NCBI GenBank assembly: GCA_048886185.1
Contig: JBHLKY010000005.1
Span: 201,520-233,519 of the forward strand
Length of the DNA stretch: 32,000 nucleotides
Direction of reading: 5' to 3'
Origin: Candidatus Hermodarchaeota archaeon
GTDB lineage: Archaea; Asgardarchaeota; Heimdallarchaeia; Hodarchaeales; Hodarchaeaceae
Every line of letters begins with the position of its first letter. Position 1 is the first letter of the stretch. Below the pieces are notes generated by a model. It searched no databases, was not told where the DNA came from, and saw only the letters and a program-made list of their open reading frames with translations. Positions 8,802 to 18,101 of this stretch are shown in pieces. The position numbers and the translations under genes were made by a program.

Positions 8802-10676
8802 ATGAAGCAGAATAGAAAAGGATTAATCGTACTGATAATCTCATTATTAGTACTTTCACTTCTAAATTTTTCCTCAATAACAGCCCCATTTTTTGGTCCC
8901 TATGATGTCAATCCAGACTATTATACTACTAACGTGGATTCTGGTGATTCACGAACGTATATATTTGATAGAATACGATTTCAGGATCATATGAGCGAAT
9001 TTGAGGAACGAGAGATGATGGTCATGATACCTTTCGAAGGAGAGGACATTGACATTAGTGTTTCTGAAGGTAGCAAAGTAACTATTGCAGTTATCAATGT
9101 TAATGACACTCACATTGAATCCCAGTGGGTATGGTCTCTTATCAATGGTAGCGTTTTCAATTGCGATCCAATATATTTCGATAAATCTTCCCTTCTAATC
9201 GATGACCATCAAGGATATGGTCCTAGGATGGTTTTTACCACCAATGTTTCTTTGATTGAAGAAGTGTATAGTAGCACATCTTGGAATTATGAGATCAACA
9301 TGGACCGAGTACGGATTTTCAATGAATCATGGGAAGATCCTTATAGCTCCCGAGAAGAATATGAATATGACCTGTCAACAGGATTTCTAACAAATCTGCG
9401 GATTTCATTTGAAGGTCCTGATTCTCGAATGGAAATTGAAATACGTGAGACTGAAACATGGAATCCTGATTGGTTTGAACTTGGTGTAAATGTTGGTGAT
9501 ACTAATACATACGTCCTCAGTAAGATGACTTGGTATGATGGATATGATGGTACTTACCATCATGACACCTATTTCCTTGTTGTTGTTGATGGAAATCCAA
9601 TATTTTTACTTCTTCATCAAGGAGACGAGATAGTCGCCGAAGTAATTAATACAGCTGGTGATTTCGTCGAATTACAGTTAACTTTCAAACAACTCAAAGA
9701 GGACAAAGTAACTATTGATGAAAATCCCTATAGGATTGATAAAAGCACATTTTATGCTCCTAGAGATCTCGGAGCACCATTACTAATGACTACTAATCGA
9801 ACAACTTGGGAATATGCTGCTCCCGGTGATGTTGTATTAGGGGAAGATGTAGTAAAGTTTCATAATGAAAACACTTCTTCAGATGGTCAATGGTTCGATA
9901 TGATGGAAGGCGCGTGGAATCTCACGACTGGGTGGTTACAACGCTTTTACACTGTGAAGATTGAAGACCCAGAAGGCGACAAAATAATTCAACACGAAAT
10001 GGAAATATTGGATGTTGATTTAATTAAACCAGAAGGACCAGCAGAATTTATAAGTGTTTCCACAGGGGATTCTATAACTTATGAGTTTAAAGAGATCCAA
10101 ACAGCTGATAACGATAAAATAAATATGACATTTCCCGATCAACAGATCTGGATTCAAGCTGGTGATACAATGACCGTAAAAATCAAAGGTGTCCAGGGTT
10201 CTTTTGTTACAGTTGAATTGACAATTGATTCAGCAATAGATGGAGAGGTAGTGGTTGATCCAATTACTTTTGATATCACAAAATTTGACGAAGGACCACA
10301 ATTCCTTCTACCTACTGAAAAACAGATGATAGAAGATTTTTTCAAAGACACACCAGATGTTGAATTAATTTTCGATGATACTAAAAGTGCTACTATCACA
10401 ACCAAATTTACGAACGGTGATAGGGAATATCATCAAAAACGTGTTTTTGATCTTGAAACAGGATGGCTCATCGAATACAATCAAACCGTTTTCGAAAAAG
10501 GGGATCTTGTTGAAAAAGTCTATGCTATTTCTACTGACATTTCCATTGACACATCAGAACCAGAGGCAACAGGAACAGGCCCAGAAGATATCGTAGAGCT
10601 TACTCCAATTCCACTCTTCCCAGTGATTCTTTCCCTGATAATAGTTGTGGGGTTACTTCGGAAGAAGAATGGGTAA
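8802..10676 (+). CDS. Secreted, C-terminally membrane-anchored surface protein with three ~185-aa repeats
   Basis: Signal peptide MKQNRKGLIVLIISLLVLSLL; three units starting (V/S)xxGDxxTY; C-terminal hydrophobic helix and basic tail (LRKKNG). Start could be 8793, 8796 or 8802. Confidence 0.85.
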   Translation: MKQNRKGLIVLIISLLVLSLLNFSSITAPFFGPYDVNPDYYTTNVDSGDSRTYIFDRIRFQDHMSEFEEREMMVMIPFEGEDIDISVSEGSKVTIAVINVNDTHIESQWVWSLINGSVFNCDPIYFDKSSLLIDDHQGYGPRMVFTTNVSLIEEVYSSTSWNYEINMDRVRIFNESWEDPYSSREEYEYDLSTGFLTNLRISFEGPDSRMEIEIRETETWNPDWFELGVNVGDTNTYVLSKMTWYDGYDGTYHHDTYFLVVVDGNPIFLLLHQGDEIVAEVINTAGDFVELQLTFKQLKEDKVTIDENPYRIDKSTFYAPRDLGAPLLMTTNRTTWEYAAPGDVVLGEDVVKFHNENTSSDGQWFDMMEGAWNLTTGWLQRFYTVKIEDPEGDKIIQHEMEILDVDLIKPEGPAEFISVSTGDSITYEFKEIQTADNDKINMTFPDQQIWIQAGDTMTVKIKGVQGSFVTVELTIDSAIDGEVVVDPITFDITKFDEGPQFLLPTEKQMIEDFFKDTPDVELIFDDTKSATITTKFTNGDREYHQKRVFDLETGWLIEYNQTVFEKGDLVEKVYAISTDISIDTSEPEATGTGPEDIVELTPIPLFPVILSLIIVVGLLRKKNG

Positions 10677-10710
10677 CTTAATTCCTTTTCCCCTTTTTTT
10701 TTAATTTCTG
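10677..10710 (+). terminator. Putative intrinsic T-tract terminator
   Basis: TTCCTTTTCCCCTTTTTTTTTAATTT immediately after the stop codon, between convergent genes. Confidence 0.55.
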
Positions 10711-10726
10711 TTATACCTTATGAGGA

Positions 10727-12472
10727 CTAACTATTTATTGATTTCTTTCTGCCTGCCTTCTTCCATTCCAGATCTCTCAATTCACGATGAAGAACCTTAC
10801 CAATAGCACTTTTGGGCAATTCATCAATGAACTCAACATGTCGTGGTATCTTATATCTAGCAATTCGTCCCTTACAGAATTCGATCAACTCCTCTTCAGA
10901 CGCAGTCTCATCATCTCGTAATACAACAAAAGCCTTAACAGTTTCCCCTCGAATTGGATGGGGAACACCAACCACAGCCACTTCTTGAACAGCAGGGTGC
11001 TCGATAAGTTCCTCTTCAACTTCCCGTGGGTACACTTTAAGACCACTGACATCTATCATATCCTTCTTCCGACCAGTGATGAAAAAGAATCCATCTTCAT
11101 CAATGTAACCAATATCACCAGTTAAGAAGTAACTGTCACTATTATACGCGTTTTTAGTTTCTTCTATTTTGTTCCAGTAACCTTTCATCACTTGAGGACC
11201 TCGAATACCGATTTCGCCTTCCTCACCTTGAGGGAGCTCTGTATCTTGACCCCCTTCTTTAGGATCGAAGATTTTTACCTCAGTATCGGCAATTGGAAGA
11301 CCTATACTACCTGGGCGTTTCAATCCAGGGACTAAAGGATTCACATGTGTAACAGGACTTGTTTCAGTCAATCCGTACCCCTCTACTACATTGGCTCCTG
11401 TTAACTCTTCAAAATTATACATTACCTGTTCAGGTAAGGGAGCAGCTCCAGAAAGACAAGCCCGAATCGAAGTTAAATCATAATCTTTAATATCCTTATG
11501 AAAAAGAAGACCCACATACATTGAGGGAACTGCATGAAAGAAAGTTGGTTTATATTTATAAAGAGTTTCAAGTAAATCCTGCAGCATTGGTCTCCCAGCA
11601 AGTGGGTCTGTTATCAGAACCATCGGAGAGGCAGCGTTAATAGCTGCTAACATAATACAGTTCAAGGCAAATATGTGGAATAAAGGTAAAGCACAGATAA
11701 AGCATTCCCCCCCTTGAACGACTGGTGGATACATTACATTTGTTAGCTGTAGCTGGTTACTCACGATATTATAATGGGTAAGCATTGCTCCTTTACTTAC
11801 TCCTGTTGTCCCACCAGTATATTGTATGAGGGCTAAATCCTCCTTAGGGTCAATGTGAACCTCTGGAACTTCCTTAGGATTACCTTCAGCAACCATCTTT
11901 TTAAATGACAAGTCTTCTGTATGAATTCTTTTTCCAAGAGGAACCTTTCCGAAAAGAGTTCCAAACAACCGTTTGGAGAAAGTCATTTCCTCTCTAAGAG
12001 AAGTTACAATTATATGATCTAAATTAACTTTCTTCTTGTCGCGAAGCCTTCTAACCCGCTTATAGACTATATCCACGCATATAATGATTCGTGCTCCTGA
12101 ATCATTGGTTTGATACTCCAGTTCATGGTCAACGTATTGTGTATTAAATGGTACAATCATAGCTCCTAAGCGATTGATAGCAAAAAAGGAAATAACAAAC
12201 TGTGGACAGTTAGGGAGATAAATTCCTATTCGATCTCCCTTCTTTACCCCCAATTTATGCAGAGAATGTGCGAACCGTAATACTCTGTCCCAGAGCTCTC
12301 CGTATTTCATTTTTTTGTCAAAAAAGATGGTTGCCACATTGTTAGGTGATAATTCTGCAGCTTCCTCTAAAAATTTATAGATTGGATAGTCATCAGGATA
12401 CTCCATGGTACGTGGAATCTCTTCTGGCCAACTTTTAAGCCAAGGTTTATCCAGTAATTTAGTCTGTTCCAT
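10727..12472 (-). CDS. fadD: Long-chain-fatty-acid--CoA ligase (AMP-binding, FadD/LcfA-like)
   Basis: YTGGTTGVSKG (P-loop), EGYGLTETSP, FLTGDIG, GRKKDMI and ELPKSAIGKVL. Confidence 0.93.
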   Translation of the reverse strand: MEQTKLLDKPWLKSWPEEIPRTMEYPDDYPIYKFLEEAAELSPNNVATIFFDKKMKYGELWDRVLRFAHSLHKLGVKKGDRIGIYLPNCPQFVISFFAINRLGAMIVPFNTQYVDHELEYQTNDSGARIIICVDIVYKRVRRLRDKKKVNLDHIIVTSLREEMTFSKRLFGTLFGKVPLGKRIHTEDLSFKKMVAEGNPKEVPEVHIDPKEDLALIQYTGGTTGVSKGAMLTHYNIVSNQLQLTNVMYPPVVQGGECFICALPLFHIFALNCIMLAAINAASPMVLITDPLAGRPMLQDLLETLYKYKPTFFHAVPSMYVGLLFHKDIKDYDLTSIRACLSGAAPLPEQVMYNFEELTGANVVEGYGLTETSPVTHVNPLVPGLKRPGSIGLPIADTEVKIFDPKEGGQDTELPQGEEGEIGIRGPQVMKGYWNKIEETKNAYNSDSYFLTGDIGYIDEDGFFFITGRKKDMIDVSGLKVYPREVEEELIEHPAVQEVAVVGVPHPIRGETVKAFVVLRDDETASEEELIEFCKGRIARYKIPRHVEFIDELPKSAIGKVLHRELRDLEWKKAGRKKSINS

Positions 12473-12791
12473 ACTGTTTTTTCCGCCTAATTAATTATTG
12501 GATAGAATTCTTCTATATTGAAATGATCAATTTAAATACTTAATATACATTTCTTAAAGCTAATTAGAAGTCATACTTAATTTTAGATGTATTCGTCCTA
12601 TTAGATATTAGTATCACTTTTGATTGACACCTTGTATTTAACTTTTATCACTCATAGTTTCACCAAGTCACCAATTTATCGCTATATCCGACAACTTTAA
12701 CCTAGCTAAAGTTAAACGCCCTCTTGCTAAGAAATAATTGTGTATAAAGGAACTCCGCTAGAATTGAAACATTCTGATCACTTTCTTACAA

Positions 12792-12806
12792 CGGAAGATT
12801 TATAAT
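12792..12806 (+). promoter_or_regulatory. Possible archaeal BRE/TATA element for the liv operon
   Basis: Purine-rich CGGAAGA directly followed by TTTATAA, about 95 nt upstream of the SBP start. AT-rich context makes this weak evidence. Confidence 0.3.
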
Positions 12807-12898
12807 AATTATCACAACATTAAATGGAAGTGTGGGCAACAAATATCTTTTTTGTTCCTATCAAAAAAATAGAGTAATGAGTTGCATCCAAGAGAAAA

Positions 12899-14596
12899 GT
12901 GAACAAAATGTTAAGAAAAAAACCCTTGTTATTTATCTTAGTTATTTTAACCCTATTTTCAGTTTACTCGGTGAGTATAGGGGTAGCGACTCCTAATCAG
13001 CGGCCAAAAATTAAGATTGGCGCCTTAGGACCTTTAGCAATCACACCAGGTAACGATATGAAAAATGGGGTCGAAATGGCTGTGGATGAAATAAATTCTG
13101 GAGATGGAGTAAATGTTGGTGGAGTCATATACGACTTTGAATTAATCACTCGAACAACCTCAGGGGATCTTGGAATTCCAGATCCATCTGTTGGTGTTGC
13201 ATCTGCCGTCCAACTGATAGATAGCGACAATGTGACTGCAATTATTGGGGGATTTCGCACAGAAGTGGTTCTCGGAGTCCAAATGTCAACATCAGTTTCG
13301 TTAGACAGACCCTTTTTAGGTATTGGAGCCAGTGCTCCCATCGTGTCGCCTCACTTTTGGAGAATTGGCCCTAGTAACGTCAGCGGTCTTGCACGTAATG
13401 TTATTGATTTCTATGCTTATGGTTTAATACCAGATGAAGGTGTCAGAAACATTACAATTATTCGTGAAAGTGCAGCATGGACTTTGGCGATGGCTCTCGG
13501 TATTAAACAAGCTTGTATTGGATTAGCCGCTGCAGGTTTTTATGGCGCAGGTGTTACTGTCAACTTCACTGATGACATAATAATCCCAGTTGATTATCAA
13601 CAAGATGAAGTTACAAATGCTTTTTCTGTGCTTACTGGAGATACTTATCAAGGATTGGAGCTAAATGCCCTGTGTACCATCTTCTCAGGACCCGTTGGTG
13701 GATATGTCCCAGTTGCATGGGCTGCTCATGATTTACCTATGTTTCTAGCTGGTATAAATGTCGAATCTCAAGTTAGCACCTTCTTTGATGAAACTGAAGG
13801 AGCTTGCTATGGTGAAATCGAACTTGAAACATGTCCACCTGATGTTGAACCAAATGAAAATACCGCTCCCTTCAGAGCTAAATATTTCTCCCTCTATGAC
13901 GAACAGCCAACATATACAGCCTTTGCTTCCTATGATGCAGTATATGTACTAAAAGCTGCCATTGAAGCTGCTAATTCCCTCAATTATGCTGATATCGAAA
14001 CAGCTTTGGCTAATATCGAAGTTCAAGGAACAGCGTATACAATTAAGTTCACAAGCGAACCTGGTCCTCATTGGACTGTAGCGGAAAACACAACTACAGG
14101 TTTACCATATTACGTTCCCATTCTTACAAGTGCAGAATATCCTGAAGGAGTTCCTATTGGAACATTCTTGGTCCATGACCTTTACACTAATGCATCCTAT
14201 GGAATGAGCGGACGACCATATAACGTTGGTTATTGGGCTCAATGGCAACAAGGCGGTATTAAGAAAACTATTTGGCATGATCCAACAAAGGATGCTCCAG
14301 GTTATCTAGATGTATATAGTCCTATGGATAATCAGAGAAATCTCACTGCTGGTAACCTTGTATGGCCGATTAATCACGCGGAGCATGGATGGGAACCCGA
14401 GCCTGAGCCGACCACTGAAGTAACAACAGGAGTTACAGAGACAATAACAACAGAGGGCACAGAGACAACAGAAGAGGAAACAACAACATCCGAGGAACCA
14501 GTTGTAGAAGTTCCAGGATTTGATTTACAGATTGCTTTGTTTGTAATGTGCTCTGTAGCAGTGATATTCTACAAACAGAAACAAAAGAAACGCTAA
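12899..14596 (+). CDS. Liv/HAAT-family ABC transporter substrate-binding protein with Thr/Glu-rich linker and PGF-type C-terminal anchor
   Basis: IKIGALGPL...GVEMAVDEIN, AIIGG, ASYDAVYVLKAAIEAA; signal peptide; ends with T/E-rich linker, VPGF, TM helix, KQKQKKR. Confidence 0.9.
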   Translation: MNKMLRKKPLLFILVILTLFSVYSVSIGVATPNQRPKIKIGALGPLAITPGNDMKNGVEMAVDEINSGDGVNVGGVIYDFELITRTTSGDLGIPDPSVGVASAVQLIDSDNVTAIIGGFRTEVVLGVQMSTSVSLDRPFLGIGASAPIVSPHFWRIGPSNVSGLARNVIDFYAYGLIPDEGVRNITIIRESAAWTLAMALGIKQACIGLAAAGFYGAGVTVNFTDDIIIPVDYQQDEVTNAFSVLTGDTYQGLELNALCTIFSGPVGGYVPVAWAAHDLPMFLAGINVESQVSTFFDETEGACYGEIELETCPPDVEPNENTAPFRAKYFSLYDEQPTYTAFASYDAVYVLKAAIEAANSLNYADIETALANIEVQGTAYTIKFTSEPGPHWTVAENTTTGLPYYVPILTSAEYPEGVPIGTFLVHDLYTNASYGMSGRPYNVGYWAQWQQGGIKKTIWHDPTKDAPGYLDVYSPMDNQRNLTAGNLVWPINHAEHGWEPEPEPTTEVTTGVTETITTEGTETTEEETTTSEEPVVEVPGFDLQIALFVMCSVAVIFYKQKQKKR

Positions 14597-14637
14597 TTTT
14601 TGGCGTTTCCCCTTTTTTTATTTTTTACTTTTTTTAT
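14597..14637 (+). terminator. Putative T-tract terminator/attenuator after the SBP gene
   Basis: TTTCCCCTTTTTTTATTTTTTACTTTTTTT directly after the stop codon. Confidence 0.55.
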
Positions 14638-14784
14638 CAATAAGAGGAATATCCGCTTAATCAACGTAAATCTATGTAGAAAATTTGATAAACACCATTA
14701 AAAGTGTTAAGCTACCTTCATAATCTTCACTATATCCACGAACTTAGTTATCTAATGTTAAAGGAATAAAAAAGGAGAGTACTT

Positions 14785-16374
14785 ATGAACGATCAGACGA
14801 AAACAAGGCTTTTTGAGTTCTTACAAGAAGAATTTTGGCTTTTGATTAGTTTAATTATACTTTTTATTTTCTTTTTAGTATTTCCTTTTGTATTAAATTT
14901 AAGTCAACCCGTTATCGGTCTACAAATTGTTTTAAATGGCATTGTGGTCAGTGTTCTATATGCAATCTTAGCGATGGGATTTTCCTTGATATATGGGACT
15001 GCTAAACAGCTCAAACTTTCACTAGGAGGATATTATGTAATAGCCGCTTATGCAATGTATTTCTTACTTGAAGCTGTTAAGATAAATGTTCCAGTTAAAT
15101 CTCCTATTCTTAGAATAACAGCTACCAAAGTTAATATAGATGGTTTTCTATTCTGGGCGATAGCCTTACTCCCAATAATAGTCTCAATGATTATTTTACT
15201 GTTTATGTGGACTGTGTTTGAAAAACGTGCATTTTTCCTTGTGTTAATATCAACTATAATCTCTGGAGGAGGTTATATACTCGTTAAGGTGCTTGGAGGA
15301 ATTATAATAGAGAAAGATCTCGGAACTTTAATAGAGAAAAACCTTTTAGAAGTTAATATAACAAAATTACTTGAGAGAAACCTTGTAGATGGATTCTACA
15401 TTAGTTTGGCTGTTATTCTTCTTAGCCTTGCAGCTTGGTATTTGGAACTCCCAAAACGAGAAATAGCAGTTGGTACTGCAATACTTGGTTTGATCGTTCC
15501 ACTCATGATAATAGTCGATCTTACCTATGAGGAATTTGGTATAAACAAGCTTTTAGAAGTAGTACCTCTATTCGGATCATTGATTGGAAAGTTAATTACT
15601 TTACCAGTTGTTTATCTGGCTTTAATGGTTGTAGCAGTAATGTTGACTGCTTGTTTGGCTATGATGTCAGACCGCTATTTGCTAGAGAAGGTTAGGAAGT
15701 CTCATGTTAATGTAATGATTGTTACATTTGCTGTTGCACTATTTGTTCAGAATTTTATCCAGATAATTTATTATCCACACAATGGAAAGAGACTTCTCCC
15801 ATTCGGCCCAGAGGATCGTACCCTTCATGGAATTGTACCTTTAAATGATATAATAGTCTTTTTCGGAGCCCGAATATCATTTCTTCGAATTATTTCAGTT
15901 ATTTTTTCTATTCTATTACTTTTCCTTTTATACGCATTTATCTGGTTTACTAAAATGGGAAAGGCTCTACGGGCTGTTTCACAAGATGAGGAAGCTGCAG
16001 CACTCGCTGGTGTTGACATTCGGAAAATTACAGCCATAGTTAGTGGTGTTGGAATGGGTATAATTGGATTTGCTGCTGTTTTGACGTCATCATTTAGCGC
16101 TACTCCCCAATGGAGCCCCTATATGGGTTGGTGGGTGCTGATTACATGCATTGCGGTGGTAACTCTCGGGGGAATGGGCAGTCTCCCTGGAAGTATTATC
16201 GCAGCCTTCATAATAGGTTTTGCAGAAACTGTTGTTGGTAGTATGACAACCATCATACCTGTTCTCAATGTACCTTTTAATAATCTCTCCCCAGTTATTC
16301 CATTTGCTGCTATCTTGTTAGTGCTGATCTTCAAGCCAGAAGGACTACTAGGAACTAAGGAGGAACTGGAATAA
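14785..16374 (+). CDS. livH: Branched-chain amino acid ABC permease, LivH-like, with a large membrane insertion
   Basis: LNGIVVSVLYAILAMGFSLIYG, TKMGKALRAVSQDEEAAALAGVD, VVTLGGMGSLPGSIIAAFIIG and FKPEGLLG. GGAG RBS upstream. 529 aa against roughly 290 for the canonical protein. Confidence 0.9.
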   Translation: MNDQTKTRLFEFLQEEFWLLISLIILFIFFLVFPFVLNLSQPVIGLQIVLNGIVVSVLYAILAMGFSLIYGTAKQLKLSLGGYYVIAAYAMYFLLEAVKINVPVKSPILRITATKVNIDGFLFWAIALLPIIVSMIILLFMWTVFEKRAFFLVLISTIISGGGYILVKVLGGIIIEKDLGTLIEKNLLEVNITKLLERNLVDGFYISLAVILLSLAAWYLELPKREIAVGTAILGLIVPLMIIVDLTYEEFGINKLLEVVPLFGSLIGKLITLPVVYLALMVVAVMLTACLAMMSDRYLLEKVRKSHVNVMIVTFAVALFVQNFIQIIYYPHNGKRLLPFGPEDRTLHGIVPLNDIIVFFGARISFLRIISVIFSILLLFLLYAFIWFTKMGKALRAVSQDEEAAALAGVDIRKITAIVSGVGMGIIGFAAVLTSSFSATPQWSPYMGWWVLITCIAVVTLGGMGSLPGSIIAAFIIGFAETVVGSMTTIIPVLNVPFNNLSPVIPFAAILLVLIFKPEGLLGTKEELE

Positions 16375-18083
16375 TGGATTGGAAAGAACTAGCTGAAGAT
16401 TTATGGGATGAGGTGAAAGATCGCGGATATTACATTGTAGCTATAACAATTCTCATTCTAGCTCCTCTCATTTTAGTTGCTCCCCCCACAACTTGGCCAC
16501 CTTTCAATGTGATTTTTAATGGCTCAGAAGTACCCATTTTGAGCGATATTTATGCTATAGGTCGAAAAGCTGGTCTGTTCGGGGGGAATACATGGATCCT
16601 TAAAGTTCTCTCTTTATGTGCAATATGGGCAATATTTGCAGCAAGCTGGGATTTCCTCTCAGGTTATAGTGGACAAGTTAGTTTTGGACATGCTGCATTC
16701 TGGGGATTTTCAGCCTATGTGGCTTTCTGGGTCGCATCAGGTTTTCATCCAGGTTTCCCTGTGATGGAATTTGGAATCCCAATCGTTGATGACATCCTGT
16801 TTGTCATTGTGTCTCTTCTTAATGATATTCTCTCTTTTGTTTTGAGCTTAATCGGTTTGGAGGAAAAGTTTGTACTTGATCCTTTACAAGCTCTTGTTTT
16901 TGGGGGAATAATTTCCGCAGTACTTGCAGTGTGCATTGGAATGATAGCTCTTCGTGTGAAAGGTTTCTATCTTGCCTTAGTAACGTTAGTAGTACCTCTA
17001 ATCTTCAATTCATTGGCAAATACCTTTAAAGAACTAACAGGAGGCAATAATGGCCTCTCAAGCGATGTAACCCGCGTTGTTCCTCTACCTGATATGTTAA
17101 ATCCTAAATTTCGTGAGATTTTTGCCTTGAACTTCTATCTTTTCACACTTGTGATATTTTTAATCGCGATTGGGTTAATGATGCTAATAGCATACTCCCG
17201 AATTGGTCTTGCTTTTCAATCAATTCGAGAAGATGAGGATGCTGCTGAATCTCTAGGAATTAATGTTCGGAATTACAAGATTCTCGCTTTTACACTAAGT
17301 GCTTTCTTTGCAGGGATCGCAGGGGGATTGTATGCCCAATGGTATAGTTATGTTTCTCCAACCTATCTGGAAAGTGCAGCCTCCTTTAATGTAATAATAA
17401 TGTGTGTGATAGGTGGCATCGGTACCATTACTGGTGGTGTGGTAGGGGCCTTTGTGTTAACTATCCTTGTGAACATTTTTTTGAGAAATGTTTTTGAGGG
17501 TGTGCATGGACTGGATATGCTTGCATTTGGTATCTTACTTATCATCACTCTAAGGTATATGCCATTTGGTCTTACCCGTGCAACAAAAGATCAGAAGAGA
17601 GCTTGCGTTCTAGGCACTCTATTTGCACTTGCTTGGGCAATTCTTCCTTCTAGTAGTAAAGGGTGGGGAGTTGACATCTTTTCGTCCATTCTTCCAAGTA
17701 CTGAACAGACAACAAATCCAATTGGCAAAGCATTATCAATTACAGTCACATCAATACTTACTTTGGTAGGAAAAGTTGATTCTCTAGGTCAGATGGCCAC
17801 CTCTCTCACTACTGAAAACTTTTTAACATTCTTAGGTCTAATTATCATGTTTATCTTATGCATTCCTGTTATTCTCGTTTTCTTAATAAGTGAGATTATT
17901 GGGTTGTTTCTCCTTGAAGGGATCTTGGGAATGCAACTGGGGGAGACTCTAATCAAAGCCAAATTTTTAATTTATATTACTGTTGGTATCCCTTTTGCTT
18001 TTTACCTTCCTAAAATATTTAAGTTAATTAGATTAAAATATTGGGGTATTTGGCCATCTGTTGGCCGATATGAACCCGATTGA
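16374..18083 (+). CDS. livM: Branched-chain amino acid ABC permease, LivM-like, with C-terminal extension
   Basis: GYSGQVSFGHAAF, GFYLALVTL, TGGNNGL, SRIGLAFQSIREDEDAAESLGIN and IGGIGTITG. Translationally coupled to livH (TAATG overlap). Confidence 0.9.
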   Translation: MDWKELAEDLWDEVKDRGYYIVAITILILAPLILVAPPTTWPPFNVIFNGSEVPILSDIYAIGRKAGLFGGNTWILKVLSLCAIWAIFAASWDFLSGYSGQVSFGHAAFWGFSAYVAFWVASGFHPGFPVMEFGIPIVDDILFVIVSLLNDILSFVLSLIGLEEKFVLDPLQALVFGGIISAVLAVCIGMIALRVKGFYLALVTLVVPLIFNSLANTFKELTGGNNGLSSDVTRVVPLPDMLNPKFREIFALNFYLFTLVIFLIAIGLMMLIAYSRIGLAFQSIREDEDAAESLGINVRNYKILAFTLSAFFAGIAGGLYAQWYSYVSPTYLESAASFNVIIMCVIGGIGTITGGVVGAFVLTILVNIFLRNVFEGVHGLDMLAFGILLIITLRYMPFGLTRATKDQKRACVLGTLFALAWAILPSSSKGWGVDIFSSILPSTEQTTNPIGKALSITVTSILTLVGKVDSLGQMATSLTTENFLTFLGLIIMFILCIPVILVFLISEIIGLFLLEGILGMQLGETLIKAKFLIYITVGIPFAFYLPKIFKLIRLKYWGIWPSVGRYEPD

Positions 18084-18101
18084 GTTAACTGGTGAAAACT
18101 A

